Part shown: positions 45,760 through 56,563 of the stretch, piece by piece | Layout of the letters: the number at the start of each line of letters is the position of its first letter | Numbering within the stretch: the stretch's first letter is position 1 | NCBI GenBank assembly: GCA_963738245.1 | Contig: CAVTWB010000010.1 | Coordinates: 161,603 to 225,602 of the forward strand | Direction: 5' to 3' | Source of the DNA: an uncultured Verrucomicrobiae bacterium | GTDB taxonomy: Bacteria > Verrucomicrobiota > Verrucomicrobiia > Limisphaerales > UBA11358 | Length of the DNA: 64,000 nt | Notes under the pieces: generated by a model | What the model was told of the DNA's origin: nothing | Databases searched by the model: none | What the model saw: only the letters and a program-made list of their open reading frames with translations | Position numbers and translations under genes: made by a program

Positions 45760-47310
45760 ATGACAAAAATTCAACGCGCGCTCATTTCGGTCTCCGACAA
45801 AACCGGTTTAATTCCCTTCGCACAAATTCTGGCCCAAACCGGAATTGAAATCATTTCCACCGGCGGCACGGCAAAAACTTTGCGCGAGGCCGGGCTTGCG
45901 GTGAAAGACGTCAGCGAACACACCGGTTTTCCCGAAATGCTCGACGGCCGCGTGAAGACGCTGCACCCGAAAGTCCACGGCGGATTGCTTTACATCCGCG
46001 GCAATGAAACGCACGAAAATGCCGTGAAAGCCCACGGCATTTCGCCGATTGATCTCGTGGTCGTGAATCTTTATCCGTTCGAGGCGACGGTCGCCAAGCC
46101 AAACGTCGCGCTGCACGAAGCGATTGAGAACATTGACATCGGCGGGCCTTCGATGCTCCGCAGCGCGGCTAAAAATCACGCCAGCGTCACGGTCGTGGTT
46201 GACCCGCTGGATTACGCAGAAGTGGCGAAACAAATTTCTGAAAGCGGCAACACGACTTTGGAATTGCGCCGCAAATTATGCGCGAAAGTTTATGCGCGCA
46301 CGGCGGCTTACGACGCGGCGATTGCGGCGCATCTGCAAAGGGAATTTGCCGCCGATAAAAATTCTTTGCCGCAGGTGCTGACGATTTCTGCGCCGCTGGC
46401 GCAACCATTGCGCTACGGCGAAAATCCGCACCAGACTGCCGCGCTCTACGGCAAATTCCACGAATATTTCAAGCAGCTCCACGGCAAGGAACTTTCCTAC
46501 AACAATATTCTGGACCTGACCGCCGCGACCGCGCTCATCGCGGAATTTCGAGATGACGCGCCGACGCTGGCGATTTTGAAACACACAAATCCGTGCGGCG
46601 TCGGCCAGGGCGCGATTTTGCGCGAGGCCTGGGAAAAGGCGTTCGCGACGGACAAACAGGCGCCGTTCGGCGGAATCATCGCCGTGAACAAAATTCTCGA
46701 CGGCGCGTGCGCCGATGCCATCGCGGAAATTTTCAGCGAGGTCATCGTCGCGCCGGATTTTTCGGCCGAGGCGCTGGCGGTTTTGCAGAAGAAAAAAAAT
46801 CTGCGGCTGCTTAAAATTTTGAAGTCACCGCTGGAAGCCGGCGCATTTGATTTGCGGAGCGTCGGCGCGGATTCATTTTTGTTGCAGCAGCGCGACTTGA
46901 AAGTGACGGCGGTGGCGGATTTGAAAATCGTCACCAAGCGGCAGCCAACCGAAACAGAATTGAAGGCGATGCTGTTCGGCTGGCGCGTGGTGAAGCACTT
47001 GAAATCAAATGCGATTCTTTACGCCGGCGAAGGCCGGACGCTCGGCGTCGGCGCGGGCCAGATGAGCCGTGTGGATTCCAGCCGCATTGCGGTCTGGAAG
47101 GCGGGCGAGGCTAAACTGCCGCTGGCCGGCAGCGTGGTTTGCAGCGATGCATTTTTCCCGTTTCCTGACGGGCTGATCGCGGCGGCGGAGGCGGGCGCGA
47201 CGGCGGCCATCCAGCCGGGCGGCTCCGTGCGCGATGCGGAAGTGATTGCAGCCGCAGACGAACGCGGCATGGCAATGGCGTTCACCGGCACGCGGCATTT
47301 CCGGCATTGA
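45760..47310 (+). CDS. purH: bifunctional AICAR transformylase / IMP cyclohydrolase
   Basis: [12 protein letters not shown]...STGGTAK...[11 protein letters not shown]...VVNLYPF...[15 protein letters not shown]...KHTNPCG...GTRHFRH. Confidence 0.95.
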   Translation: MTKIQRALISVSDKTGLIPFAQILAQTGIEIISTGGTAKTLREAGLAVKDVSEHTGFPEMLDGRVKTLHPKVHGGLLYIRGNETHENAVKAHGISPIDLVVVNLYPFEATVAKPNVALHEAIENIDIGGPSMLRSAAKNHASVTVVVDPLDYAEVAKQISESGNTTLELRRKLCAKVYARTAAYDAAIAAHLQREFAADKNSLPQVLTISAPLAQPLRYGENPHQTAALYGKFHEYFKQLHGKELSYNNILDLTAATALIAEFRDDAPTLAILKHTNPCGVGQGAILREAWEKAFATDKQAPFGGIIAVNKILDGACADAIAEIFSEVIVAPDFSAEALAVLQKKKNLRLLKILKSPLEAGAFDLRSVGADSFLLQQRDLKVTAVADLKIVTKRQPTETELKAMLFGWRVVKHLKSNAILYAGEGRTLGVGAGQMSRVDSSRIAVWKAGEAKLPLAGSVVCSDAFFPFPDGLIAAAEAGATAAIQPGGSVRDAEVIAAADERGMAMAFTGTRHFRH

Positions 47311-47312
47311 AA

Positions 47313-47393
47313 CGGATTGATGGATTATTGGATGAATGGATTGCTGAAAGGCTGCCAATTCATTTATCCACCAATCCTAACATCCGTTCATCC
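47313..47393. repeat. inverted pair of four-word arms (ggattgat-type 8-mers) downstream of purH
   Basis: ggattgat ggattatt ggatgaat ggattgct ... caattcat ttatccac caatccta acatccgt tcatcc. Confidence 0.65.
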
Positions 47394-47400
47394 AGTTGTT

Positions 47401-47790
47401 TTATCCGAGCAGCCAGTAAATCAGCGCCATTTGACCGGCGGTGACACCGGCCAGCAGCGCCCACACAAAATTTTCGCGGACGGCCAGGCGGCCCTGCCGG
47501 GCGGCGGCGAGCCAGAACTGGATTTTTACCGAACCGACCGTGATGGTGTCACCGTTGCGGAGCAGCGCGTTTTGAACCGGCCCGCCGTTGACGGCGGCAA
47601 GCGCCCCGGCGGCGGTGATCAGCTTAAACCCCGACTCCGAATGGAATTCCAGAGTGGCGTGACGATCCCAGATGCCATCATCCTCCAGTTGCAGTTCGTT
47701 TCCCGGCGCGCGCCCGATGCGGAAAGGAAAACGGCGGGCCACCGTCTGGGTGCCCGCCTGTTTGCCGGAAAGAATGCTTAATTGAATCAT
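47401..47790 (-). CDS. FHA-domain protein with a C-terminal TM anchor
   Basis: FPFRIGRAPGNELQLEDDGIWDRHATLEF...ALLRNGDTITVGSVKIQF, then TM FVWALLAGVTAGQMALIYWLL. The start overlaps the wza-like stop by 1 nt. Confidence 0.7.
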   Translation of the reverse strand: MIQLSILSGKQAGTQTVARRFPFRIGRAPGNELQLEDDGIWDRHATLEFHSESGFKLITAAGALAAVNGGPVQNALLRNGDTITVGSVKIQFWLAAARQGRLAVRENFVWALLAGVTAGQMALIYWLLG

Positions 47791-48440
47791 CAGAAAATCC
47801 GGCGCGGCACGACGATTTGATCGCCGGGATAAACCTGCGGGTCGAGCGACGGATCCTCCAGGGCTTTGTCCACATTCACCTTGACGCGCTCGCCGTTGGC
47901 GCGGATGAGCCACACCTTGTGGCTGGCGAAATCGGTGAAGTCGCTGGCGGAGGTAATGGCTTTGGTGACGGTGGTTTCCCCGACATAAATCTCGCGGCCG
48001 GGCTGCTTGACTTCGCCGCGCACATAATAAATGAGGTCGCCCGGTTTCACCACGACGTTCAGACGGACATAATATTTCGGAACGTAAAGACCGTGGATTG
48101 CGTTCTGCAATTCGCCGGCAGTTTTGTCAGCCGCCTGGACCGAGCCGATCAGCGGCAAAGTAATGTTGCCGTCCTCCTTGATGGTTTCTTCATGCGGAGG
48201 GAATTCTGTCGGATCGGGCGTCCCGGAAAAAATGATGTTGACCGTTTCACCGACGTGAAACCGGGCGACTTCGGTATTAGTCTGGCCTGCATCGGCAGCG
48301 GACAGGCCGGCCGGAGCATTGGTTTGAACTCCGCCGGTGTCGGGGATGCTGGACAGCGACGTCGGCGTGGAGCAACCGGTGAAGACCAGACTGGCGGCCA
48401 TCAGACTCGAACCAATCAATCCGTAAACAAATAATTTCAT
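47790..48440 (-). CDS. polysaccharide export protein (Wza-like; Poly_export plus SLBB)
   Basis: Lipobox LVFTGC. GDLIYYVRGEVKQPG, ITLPLIGSVQAADKTAGELQNAI, VYPGDQIVVPRR. Confidence 0.8.
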   Translation of the reverse strand: MKLFVYGLIGSSLMAASLVFTGCSTPTSLSSIPDTGGVQTNAPAGLSAADAGQTNTEVARFHVGETVNIIFSGTPDPTEFPPHEETIKEDGNITLPLIGSVQAADKTAGELQNAIHGLYVPKYYVRLNVVVKPGDLIYYVRGEVKQPGREIYVGETTVTKAITSASDFTDFASHKVWLIRANGERVKVNVDKALEDPSLDPQVYPGDQIVVPRRIF

Positions 48441-48474
48441 TGGGCTAATCGTTTTAAAATAATCCTGGGCGGAA

Positions 48475-50646
48475 TCAATATTTTTGTTTGATTCCGACTT
48501 TGTCCGGGTCGCCAGAAACTTTGGGCGTCGCCGCTTCCTGATCCTTGGCATTTCCGGAATAATAATAATCGTGGTAATAACCGCTGTAGTAATAATAGCT
48601 CTCGTCCTGCGACATATTGATGTTGTTCAGCACGATGCCGAGGAAGGTGCCGCCGACTTTTTCAATCACCTGTTTGGCGCGGAGGTTCATCGGCTGCGGA
48701 TAGCGGCGGTATTGGATGACCTGGATGACCATGTCCACTTCGCTGGCCAGAACCGAGGCGTCACTCACGCCCAAAATGGGCGGTGAATCAAAGAAAACAA
48801 AATCGTAGCGGCGCTTCAATTCAGTGATCATGTCCTTCATCTGCACCGAATTCAGGATGCTCATGGAACTGCTGGGCAGCTTGCCGCTGGCCATGAAGTT
48901 GAGCATGGGCACGCCGGTGGTCTGGATAACTTCTTCCAGCGAATTTTGCTTGAGCAGATAATTTGTAAGGCCGATATCGTTGGCGACGTGCAACAGTTTG
49001 TGCAAAGTGGGACGGCGCAGATCCGAATCTACGATCAAAACGCGGATGCCGGCCTGGGCGAAAACCGTGGCCAGATTGAGCGCGGTGGTGGATTTGCCTT
49101 CGCCCGCACCCGCGCTGACCAGGACAATGGTGGTGAGCGACTCGTCCTTGCGCGCGAACAGAATATTGGTGCGCAATACCCGGTAGGCCTCGGCGTAACG
49201 GCTCTCGACCCCTTCGTCCGCCAGAATGCCGACGTTTTGCGGAATGACGCCAACAACCGGTGCCTGGAACGAGCGTTCAACATCGTCAATGGTCTTGACG
49301 CTCGTGTCGAGATACTCGATGAAGAAGGCGAGACCGACGCCGACAATGAGACCAAAAATGATGCCCAAACCGATGTTGAGCGGTTTGTTGGGCCGGACGG
49401 GATCCTTGCCCGGCTCGGCAACCGTGGTGATCTCCACCACGGACGTTTTGGGAATGGCGAGGTCAATTTTTTCCGCCTCAATCCGGGCGGCGAGAATCTT
49501 GTGAAAATCCACCAGGTTGGCCAGTGTGCGCTTTTCCTCCCAATAAGGCTGGCCGCGGGTGGCTTCTTCGCGATCTTTCTGAATGGCGGCGTCAACCTGG
49601 TCTTTGAGCGTGTCCAGCGCGGCCTTTTCAGTGTTCAAATTATTTTCCAGGCCGGCCATGATGCCGTCAACCCGGTCGTTGATCTGCCGGTTCACCTCGT
49701 CAATCGTGGACTGAAGCCGGATGACTTCCGGGTGGTCAAGCGCATAATCATTGGTCTTGCTGGCATACGCCTGTTGCGCCTCGTGCAATTTGTCCAGCAG
49801 CCCGGTCAATGCACTGTCGGGACTGGTGCTGATGGATGGCAAGACATCCCTGAGTTTCTCCGGTGATAATACCTTGAGCTGATCCAGTTGCTCCTTGAAC
49901 CGGTTATAGCGGGTCTGGCCTTCCATCATCGTGTCGTTGTATTGGCGCAGTTGCTCTTCGGTCAACGTGGGCGTGGGGACAAGGGATTGCGGGTCGTTGT
50001 CGGTGATGTCCAGCTCTTTGCGCAAGCTGTCCACTTTCTCCCGCATCATCTGGAGTTGTTGCTCTTCCGACTGGTATTGTTCTTCCAAAACCTTGATGCC
50101 GCCGACCGTCAATTGTGTGTGCCGTCCAAGCCGGTATTCTTGATAGGCTTTGGCGATAGAGTTGGCAATGTCCGCCGCCTCTTTTTTGTCTGCATCATAA
50201 ACGGTGATGTCCACCAGAGTGGTATTGCGGACGGGACTGACACTGACATAGTGCTTCAAAAATTCCATTGTCTCGGACGTTTTAAGCGTGTCCACGCCGT
50301 ATTTTTTCCCCCACACCGAGTTCAGATTCAGCTTCTCAATCACTTTGTCCAAAACCTCCGGACCTTGAAGAATTTCCAGTTCCGTTTGGAGGAAATAAGG
50401 ATCGTATGCGGGGCTGACGGACGTCATGGCGTTCATGCTCGGAATGTCCGAGCCGGTGTCCGGCTCAATTTTAATCTGGGCCGTGCTGGAATAGGCAACC
50501 GGCAGAATGAAAGTGACCGCCGTGGCAATGATCGCCGTGATCAAAAATACGGTGATGATGATGGCTTTGCGGATGCGGATGATGCGCCAGTAATCCAGAA
50601 AGTGCAGTCTGGCTTCTTGTGGCGGCTGATTTTGTGGCGAATCCAT
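48475..50646 (-). CDS. polysaccharide chain-length determinant / tyrosine autokinase (Wzc/GumC-like)
   Basis: N-terminal Wzz-like domain with coiled coil. C-terminal P-loop SAGAGEGKSTTALNLA, VLIVDSDLRRP. Tyr-rich tail YYYYSGYYHDYYYSG. Confidence 0.88.
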   Translation of the reverse strand: MDSPQNQPPQEARLHFLDYWRIIRIRKAIIITVFLITAIIATAVTFILPVAYSSTAQIKIEPDTGSDIPSMNAMTSVSPAYDPYFLQTELEILQGPEVLDKVIEKLNLNSVWGKKYGVDTLKTSETMEFLKHYVSVSPVRNTTLVDITVYDADKKEAADIANSIAKAYQEYRLGRHTQLTVGGIKVLEEQYQSEEQQLQMMREKVDSLRKELDITDNDPQSLVPTPTLTEEQLRQYNDTMMEGQTRYNRFKEQLDQLKVLSPEKLRDVLPSISTSPDSALTGLLDKLHEAQQAYASKTNDYALDHPEVIRLQSTIDEVNRQINDRVDGIMAGLENNLNTEKAALDTLKDQVDAAIQKDREEATRGQPYWEEKRTLANLVDFHKILAARIEAEKIDLAIPKTSVVEITTVAEPGKDPVRPNKPLNIGLGIIFGLIVGVGLAFFIEYLDTSVKTIDDVERSFQAPVVGVIPQNVGILADEGVESRYAEAYRVLRTNILFARKDESLTTIVLVSAGAGEGKSTTALNLATVFAQAGIRVLIVDSDLRRPTLHKLLHVANDIGLTNYLLKQNSLEEVIQTTGVPMLNFMASGKLPSSSMSILNSVQMKDMITELKRRYDFVFFDSPPILGVSDASVLASEVDMVIQVIQYRRYPQPMNLRAKQVIEKVGGTFLGIVLNNINMSQDESYYYYSGYYHDYYYSGNAKDQEAATPKVSGDPDKVGIKQKY

Positions 50647-50685
50647 ATAAAAAATAATGGGAGCCTTGAAAAAGTCCTGGCTCCC
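50647..50685 (-). terminator. hairpin plus T-run between the OM-barrel gene and wzc (terminator or attenuator)
   Basis: The minus strand reads GGGAGCC aggactttttcaa GGCTCCC attatttttt, directly abutting the wzc ATG. Confidence 0.45.
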
Positions 50686-50724
50686 GTCTCAAGTTCTCAA
50701 AACATTGTATTCCAATCCATTGGC

Positions 50725-52023
50725 TTAATAGGCTGCGGTAACACCCACATAAACAACGTTTCTCGAATAAGCACCAACTGCTGTTGCTGCACTGGCTGAT
50801 TGGAGATCATCAAAGTTGTAACCCAAATCAGCCGAAAGGTGCGGGTTAAAGGTGTATGTTAAATTTACCCCGACGGTGTAAAATTGTTCCGTGTCGTTGT
50901 TGTAGGCTCCTTGATTGAATTGGGACAACTGTGCACTGGCGATGATTGAACCCATCAGCTCCGCCGTTATCTCTTGATTGACTGACGCGGAAATCACCGT
51001 GCTTTGCTGGTTTTGAGTGATTTGTCCTCTGCTGTTTGCCGTCACGATGGAGGTAGCATTTTGCATGTGCTGGACGCCCAACTGCGCATAGCTGCCTTCA
51101 GCGTAGGTATAGCTTAACGAACTGTTCACCCATGGTGTGACATAATTCTGCCCGCTGGCGGAGGTATTACTGAATTCGGTAATTTGCGCGCCAACCTTGG
51201 TCGAAACATTGAGATTGGCCAAAAATGAATGCTGAAAACCGACGTAAGGAATGTAGGATTGGTTGTTGCGAGCACTGCTATATTCGGTGACGCCATTTGG
51301 TCCAAATGCAATCGGTTCATTGCCAAGATAGTTCACCCATTGATATGAAAATCCAGCCAAAATCATCGTTTCCGGGGCCACGCTCCACTGCGGCTGCAGT
51401 GAAACGGTTTGTTCCATGCGGGTGAGCAAACCGTTTTGGCTTGGATTGGACGCCGTCCCACCGTTTTGTTGATAATCGTAATAGCCGTTTTCGTAAGACA
51501 ACACCGTGCTGAAGAGCCGCGTCCAATCCGTGGTCAGCGCCACATTGGCGTCGTTGACGATGTTGTTGCCGTTGACGCGCAACGGCTGCGCATTTGCTGC
51601 TCCGCTGGGATTCAGTAATCCCGGTTCCTGACCAACGACAAAAGTGTCATGCACGGTTGACTGCCAGCGTTCGGTAAACGCATGATCCAGCCACAAGTCC
51701 ACCTGATGGGTTTGATCATACGGATCATTTCCCTGATTCCGCCGTTCTTGATAATAATACAAACCGTAAGTGTAACGGACATCAAATTCCGTCTGCTGCA
51801 TCGGCACGGCAAAGCTCACCGAGGGGCTGACTTCATAACCGGCGCTGCCCTGCTTCTGTCCATTCGGCGCCGTGTTGTAGTTGTCGTCGTAAAATCCACG
51901 CAAGGTGCCGGACACGCTCCAAAACTTCGTGGTCTGCATGGAATTCAAACCCGGCGCATAATCTGCATGCAAACTGGCCGTTCCGGCTGCAACCAGCCCC
52001 ATGGAGATAAAAAGTTTCTTCAT
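50725..52023 (-). CDS. putative outer-membrane beta-barrel protein of the polysaccharide export locus
   Basis: Signal peptide MKKLFISMGLVAAGTASLHA. Alternating-hydrophobicity strands throughout. C-terminal ..VVYVGVTAAY (aromatic terminus). Lower GC. Confidence 0.6.
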   Translation of the reverse strand: MKKLFISMGLVAAGTASLHADYAPGLNSMQTTKFWSVSGTLRGFYDDNYNTAPNGQKQGSAGYEVSPSVSFAVPMQQTEFDVRYTYGLYYYQERRNQGNDPYDQTHQVDLWLDHAFTERWQSTVHDTFVVGQEPGLLNPSGAANAQPLRVNGNNIVNDANVALTTDWTRLFSTVLSYENGYYDYQQNGGTASNPSQNGLLTRMEQTVSLQPQWSVAPETMILAGFSYQWVNYLGNEPIAFGPNGVTEYSSARNNQSYIPYVGFQHSFLANLNVSTKVGAQITEFSNTSASGQNYVTPWVNSSLSYTYAEGSYAQLGVQHMQNATSIVTANSRGQITQNQQSTVISASVNQEITAELMGSIIASAQLSQFNQGAYNNDTEQFYTVGVNLTYTFNPHLSADLGYNFDDLQSASAATAVGAYSRNVVYVGVTAAY

Positions 52024-52158
52024 AACTCGTTTGGATGTTCAATTTTGACCGCCCGCAACTCTTTCTATTCAAAGAAAGTGACAACAGCTTATGACAAATT
52101 TGAGATTAGCAGTTAAGCGAGCCGCCCGTCAAAACAATTTTTGCGGTTAAACCGGGTG

Positions 52159-52185
52159 AAAAAAACACCGCCATTTCCAGGCGGT
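52159..52185 (-). terminator. polX terminator
   Basis: The minus strand reads ACCGCC tggaaat GGCGGT gttttttt. Confidence 0.65.
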
Positions 52186-52194
52186 TTTCCCGGC

Positions 52195-53937
52195 TCAAAT
52201 GTCGCGTTTCAACTGCTTCACCAACACCGCCGCCGCCGATACATTGACGACATCCGTTTTTTCCAGCCAGCCCTTGCGCGCAATGCCAGCGCCCAGCCGC
52301 AGAAATCCCGCGTGCGCGTTCCGGTGCGCGTCGGGATTGATGACACACTTCACGCCTTTGCTTTTCGCGTGCGGCCAGTGCCGCCAGTCCAAATCCAGCC
52401 GGTGCGGATTGCAATTCAATTCAATCCACGTCCCCGTCGCCGCGCACGCGTCAATCACCGCCGGCACGTTCACCGGATACGGCTCGCGCTCCAACAGCAG
52501 CCGTCCGGTCAGGTGACCGAGAATATGGACAAACGGATTTTCCGCCGCGCGAATCAGCCGCTTTGTGTTCTCGGCCTCGCTGCTGCTCGGAACGTGCAGG
52601 CTCGCCACCACCACCTCCAGTTCCGCCAAAACATCGTCGTCAAAATCCAGCTTGTCCTTGAGAATGTCCACCTCCGTTCCCGTCAACAGCCGGAACTTGC
52701 GGCCTTCGCCGGCCAGCCGGTCGTTTAATTTTTTGATTTCCTGGATTTGCGACCGCAGCCGTTTCGCGTCCAGCCCGTTGGCCTGATAAGATGCTTTCGA
52801 GTGATCCGTGATCGCCCAATATTCAAGCCCTAAATCTTCCATGTAGTCGGCAATTTCCTCCAGCGTGTTGTGGCCGTCGCTCCAGTTCGAATGGTTGTGC
52901 AGCGCGCCTTTCAAATCCGTCCACTCGATCAATTTCGGCAAGTCATTTTTTCCGCCCGCCAAAAATTCACCGTGGTCCTCGCGGATTTCCGGCGGAATGT
53001 AAGGCAGCTCCAGCTTCGCAAAAATGTCCTCCTCCGCTTCGCACGGCACGAGCAGTTTCGGATCGCGCGTCTCCTCCTTGGATTTGAACAGACCGTATTC
53101 ATTCAGCCGCAGCCCGCGCTGGATGGCCCGCTGGCGCATAACGATGTTGTGCTCCTTGCTGCCGGTGAAATACGCCAGCGCGAACGGAAACTCCGCGTCG
53201 CTCACCACGCGCAAATCGCACTGGATGCCGCCGTCCAGAATCACACTCGCCTTCGTCTCGCCTTTGGCGATGACTTTCAAAATGCCCGGCTGCGAAACAA
53301 AATGCTCAATCACCGCCACCGGTTTCTTCGACGACGCCAGCAAATCAATGTCGCCGATGACCTCCTTGAACCGCCGCAGGCTGCCCGCCGTGCTGCACCG
53401 GATCACGTCGGGATGTTCGCGCAGATTTTCCAGCAACGTCTCGGCGGCCGGCAGCGCCTCGCTCAACAAATGTTTGCTCGCGTAAGTCCGTTTGCGCGCG
53501 ATGCCTTCCAAAATGTTTGCCTGCGTCTTCTCGCCAAATCCGTCCAGCTCCGCCACCTTGCCCGCCTTGCAGGCCGCCTCCAGTTTTTCAATCGAATCCA
53601 CGCCGAGCTTTTTGTTCAGCGCCTGGATTTTTTTCGGGCCAAGCCCGGAAATTTCCAGCATCTCGATCAAGCCCGGCGGAATGGAAGCCTTCAGCTCGTC
53701 GTAGTATTTCAATTTTCCCGTCTCGACCAGCTCCGTAATTTTTTGTTCCAGCGCCTCGCCGATGCCCTTGATTTCACCGAGCCGTTTTTCGGCGACGAGC
53801 GTTGCCAGCGGTTCGCTCAAGCCCTCCAGCGTCCGCGCCGCGTTCGCATAGGCGCGGGTTTTGAACGGATTTTCGCCCTTCAATTCCAGCAGCGTTCCGA
53901 TTTCCACCAAAATCTCGGCAACCTTGTCTTTGTCCAT
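52195..53937 (-). CDS. polX: DNA polymerase/3'-5' exonuclease PolX (Pol-beta-like plus PHP domain)
   Basis: NPFKTRAYANAARTLE, HhH motifs (GIGEALEQKI, GLGPKKIQ), GSLRRFKEVIGDIDLL, PHP His cluster ALHNHSNWSDG...DHS... Confidence 0.88.
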   Translation of the reverse strand: MDKDKVAEILVEIGTLLELKGENPFKTRAYANAARTLEGLSEPLATLVAEKRLGEIKGIGEALEQKITELVETGKLKYYDELKASIPPGLIEMLEISGLGPKKIQALNKKLGVDSIEKLEAACKAGKVAELDGFGEKTQANILEGIARKRTYASKHLLSEALPAAETLLENLREHPDVIRCSTAGSLRRFKEVIGDIDLLASSKKPVAVIEHFVSQPGILKVIAKGETKASVILDGGIQCDLRVVSDAEFPFALAYFTGSKEHNIVMRQRAIQRGLRLNEYGLFKSKEETRDPKLLVPCEAEEDIFAKLELPYIPPEIREDHGEFLAGGKNDLPKLIEWTDLKGALHNHSNWSDGHNTLEEIADYMEDLGLEYWAITDHSKASYQANGLDAKRLRSQIQEIKKLNDRLAGEGRKFRLLTGTEVDILKDKLDFDDDVLAELEVVVASLHVPSSSEAENTKRLIRAAENPFVHILGHLTGRLLLEREPYPVNVPAVIDACAATGTWIELNCNPHRLDLDWRHWPHAKSKGVKCVINPDAHRNAHAGFLRLGAGIARKGWLEKTDVVNVSAAAVLVKQLKRDI

Positions 53938-54001
53938 GCCCCTAAAATGGCCGTGCAAGTTCCAAGTTTCAAGTTGTCGTTTGCTCCGCTAAATTTACCG
54001 C

Positions 54002-54891
54002 ATGTTAAAACGCAAAGAACTGCCCGTTGCGCTCACCATCGCCGGCTCGGACAGCGGCGGCGGCGCGGGCGTTCAGGCCGATCTGAAAACGTTTGCCGCG
54101 CTTCGGCGTCCACGGCACCAGCGCGATTGCCTGCCTCACCGCGCAAAATCCAAAACAGGTTTTGGCGGCCGAGCCGTGTTCGCCCAAAATGCTGCGGCGG
54201 CAGATCGAAGCCGTGTTTGCCGAACTGAAACCGGCGGCGGTGAAAACCGGAATGTTGTTTTCGGTGGAAAACATTTCCGTCGTCGCGGATTTCTACCGCA
54301 ACTCGAAACTGAAAACTAAAAACTCAAAACTGATCGTGGATCCGGTCATGGTATCCACCAGCGGCGCTAAATTGCTCCAGCCGGCGGCGGTAAAAATCCT
54401 GACGGGAAAAACTGCTGCCACTGGCCGCGCTCGTCACGCCGAATCTGGACGAGGCGGAAATTCTGGCGGAACAAAAAATTTCGTCGCCGGAGGATTTGCG
54501 TGCCGCCGCGCGGAAAATCCAGGCGCGTTTCGGCTGTGCGGTTTTGGTGAAAGGCGGCCACCTGAAAAATTCCCGCGAGGCAATTGACGTTTTCTTCGAC
54601 GGAGAAACGGAACTGCTGCTGTCCGCTCCGTTTGTGAAGGGCGTTTCGACGCACGGCACCGGCTGCACTTATTCCGCCGCGATTTGCGCCGCGCTGGCGC
54701 TCGGCCACGATTTGCCGCACGCGGTGGAGATCGGGAAAAATTTCATCACGGCAGCTATCGCCGGCAGCTTCCGCATCGGAAAACATTTCGCGCTCGGATA
54801 TTTTCCGCTCAAAGATCCGGCCAGCTCAACTGGTAAAACTGGTTCGCATTTGTCGCGTTCAGGAAAATGTAATTGCTGCCGTTCGCGATGA
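54002..54891 (+). pseudogene. thiD: hydroxymethylpyrimidine/phosphomethylpyrimidine kinase ThiD, two +1 frame breaks as assembled; true 3' end uncertain
   Basis: [24 protein letters not shown] | [15 protein letters not shown]...KTGML...IVDPVMVSTSGAKLL... | LLPLAALVTPNLDEAEIL...VLVKGGHL...GTGCTYSAAICAALA. There is an extra base near 54101-54105 and one in the A-run at 54407-54411. Confidence 0.85.
54300..54332 (+). repeat. 33-nt four-heptamer element E1, in-frame in thiD
   Basis: AACTCGAAACTGAAAACTAAAAACTCAAAACTG encodes [11 protein letters not shown] directly before the conserved IVDPVM. Confidence 0.85.
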
Positions 54892-56445
54892 CCGGCGCCG
54901 GAAGATTGTTCGTCGTCCAGGCGACGGGCGGCGTCAAACCGGCCGTGGCTTCTAGCTGAAATCCGGCGGGATAAACCGGCCAGGCGAGCGTCACGTTCGT
55001 TTCCGTGGCGGCGATGTTCAGCGACTGCGAGAAAAAGGCCCACGCGAGCGCGTAGGTTTCGCTCGCGCTGACGGTCGTTCCGCCGTGTTTCAAAACCTGC
55101 AAGTCATAGCGGCTCTGCGGCAACTGCGGCAGCCAGAGGTGCTCGACGTTGTCCACCATGCTCGTGCTGCACGCGACGAGATTGCTGTTGGCGCAATCGT
55201 AAAGAAACAGATCCAGGTTGTTGATGCCGGTCTGGTTTTGCTGCCGGTTCCAGACGAGCGTGGCGGTGGCGGTGAATTGCGCGGCGTTCAAATTGTTCGT
55301 GACGTTGAAATAATAATGTTTCACGCCGTCGGTGGTGGCGCTGCTGGTGTTGGTGTTGAAATCCCAGCCGCTCAATACGTTGATGGTTCCCGTCGCGCCG
55401 GTCGGCAGATGCGGGCTGTTGGTGGTGACGATAGCGAAAGCGATGTAACCCTGTTTTCCACCCGCGAGCTGTTCGTAGGAATTAAAAAGATTCACCACAC
55501 CCGCGCCGTAGCGGAAGTCCAGCGGCGAAGGCGCAATATTCGTCCAGTCGGCAGGCTTGACCGCGCCGTTTAATAATAGCGCCTTCACCGTGCGGATGTC
55601 GGCGGCGGCATTGGTGCTGCTCCCGCCGTCGCCGCGCAAACCGGCCTGCATCAGCACCGCTGCCGCGCCGGCAACGTAGGGCGTGGAAAAACTCGTCAGT
55701 CTCGCCAGGCCCGGCGCGGTGATGTCCGGCTTGCAGCGGCCGTTGTCCACCGTCGGGCCGACGCTCGAAATTGTGGAACCGTTGATAAGCGCCGACGCTG
55801 ATGCAATTGTAACCCGTTGCCCGGCGCGCCGACCGGAACCCGTCCGTTGTTTCCTGCACCGGAGACAAAAAGCGTGCTGTATTTGGCGGCGTAATTATCA
55901 AACTTGTGAATCCAACTGACTGTTGCATGCCCACGGTGATATAGCCCGGTGGCGGGGAATTGTTGGTGGTGACATAACCAAAAATGAAACTTTGATTGAC
56001 GACCCGATCATTGATGTTCGCGGTCGCCGGCACGACGAAATGTGCTGTAAAAAAAATCGGCCTCGAAATTGTCCACATGCATCACGTTCGTGGCCACGCC
56101 GCCGGGGGTCGGCCATACAAATTGTGGTGCCGTAAAAATCCCCACCGCGTCCGCGTGGCCTGACTCATCGCCAAGGCCATTGGGAAAGCTGGTGCTGGTG
56201 CCTGAAGCGGAAGTGTAAGTAAAAAGCCCGTCGGCTGGCCGACCGCAGCGGGATTAACTTCCCAGTGTTTGTCCCGTGAACCATTGGTATCGCCGTTATT
56301 GGCTTCCGCCTGCGCCACGCGGATGCCCGTGCCATCCAGATTAGTCGTCACCGCTCGCAAAGTGGTCACGCCGATTTCATCCAGATATTGCGTCCGTGCC
56401 GTCAGGCTGCCCGGAAAACACGGCGTAAAAAAACACTAGTCCCAT
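54809..56445 (-). pseudogene. subtilisin-like (S8) serine peptidase, heavily frame-broken
   Basis: Fragments in at least 4 frames: ..LDGTGIRVAQAE.., ..DESGHADAVGIF.., ..LFVSGAGNNG.., ..YNCISVGAY.., ..LTSFSTPYVAGAAAVLMQAG.. (His and Ser boxes), plus an intact 313-aa C-terminal region. Confidence 0.7.
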
Positions 56446-56563
56446 TTCGTTTCCATAATTTCCTCATAAATTTGCTCGGCACACCATAACTCATCTCTGG
56501 CAAAAATCCAAACCCGTTTGAATAATTCTGTTTAATTTTGCCGGTTCCGTTTAATTTTAGGCG

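Noticed and set aside
56400-56563. preQ1 riboswitch upstream of queE, or a TPP riboswitch upstream of thiD (53959-54001).
   Set aside because: I could find no recognisable conserved riboswitch cores by eye, and the thiD upstream spacer is too short. An Infernal scan would be decisive.
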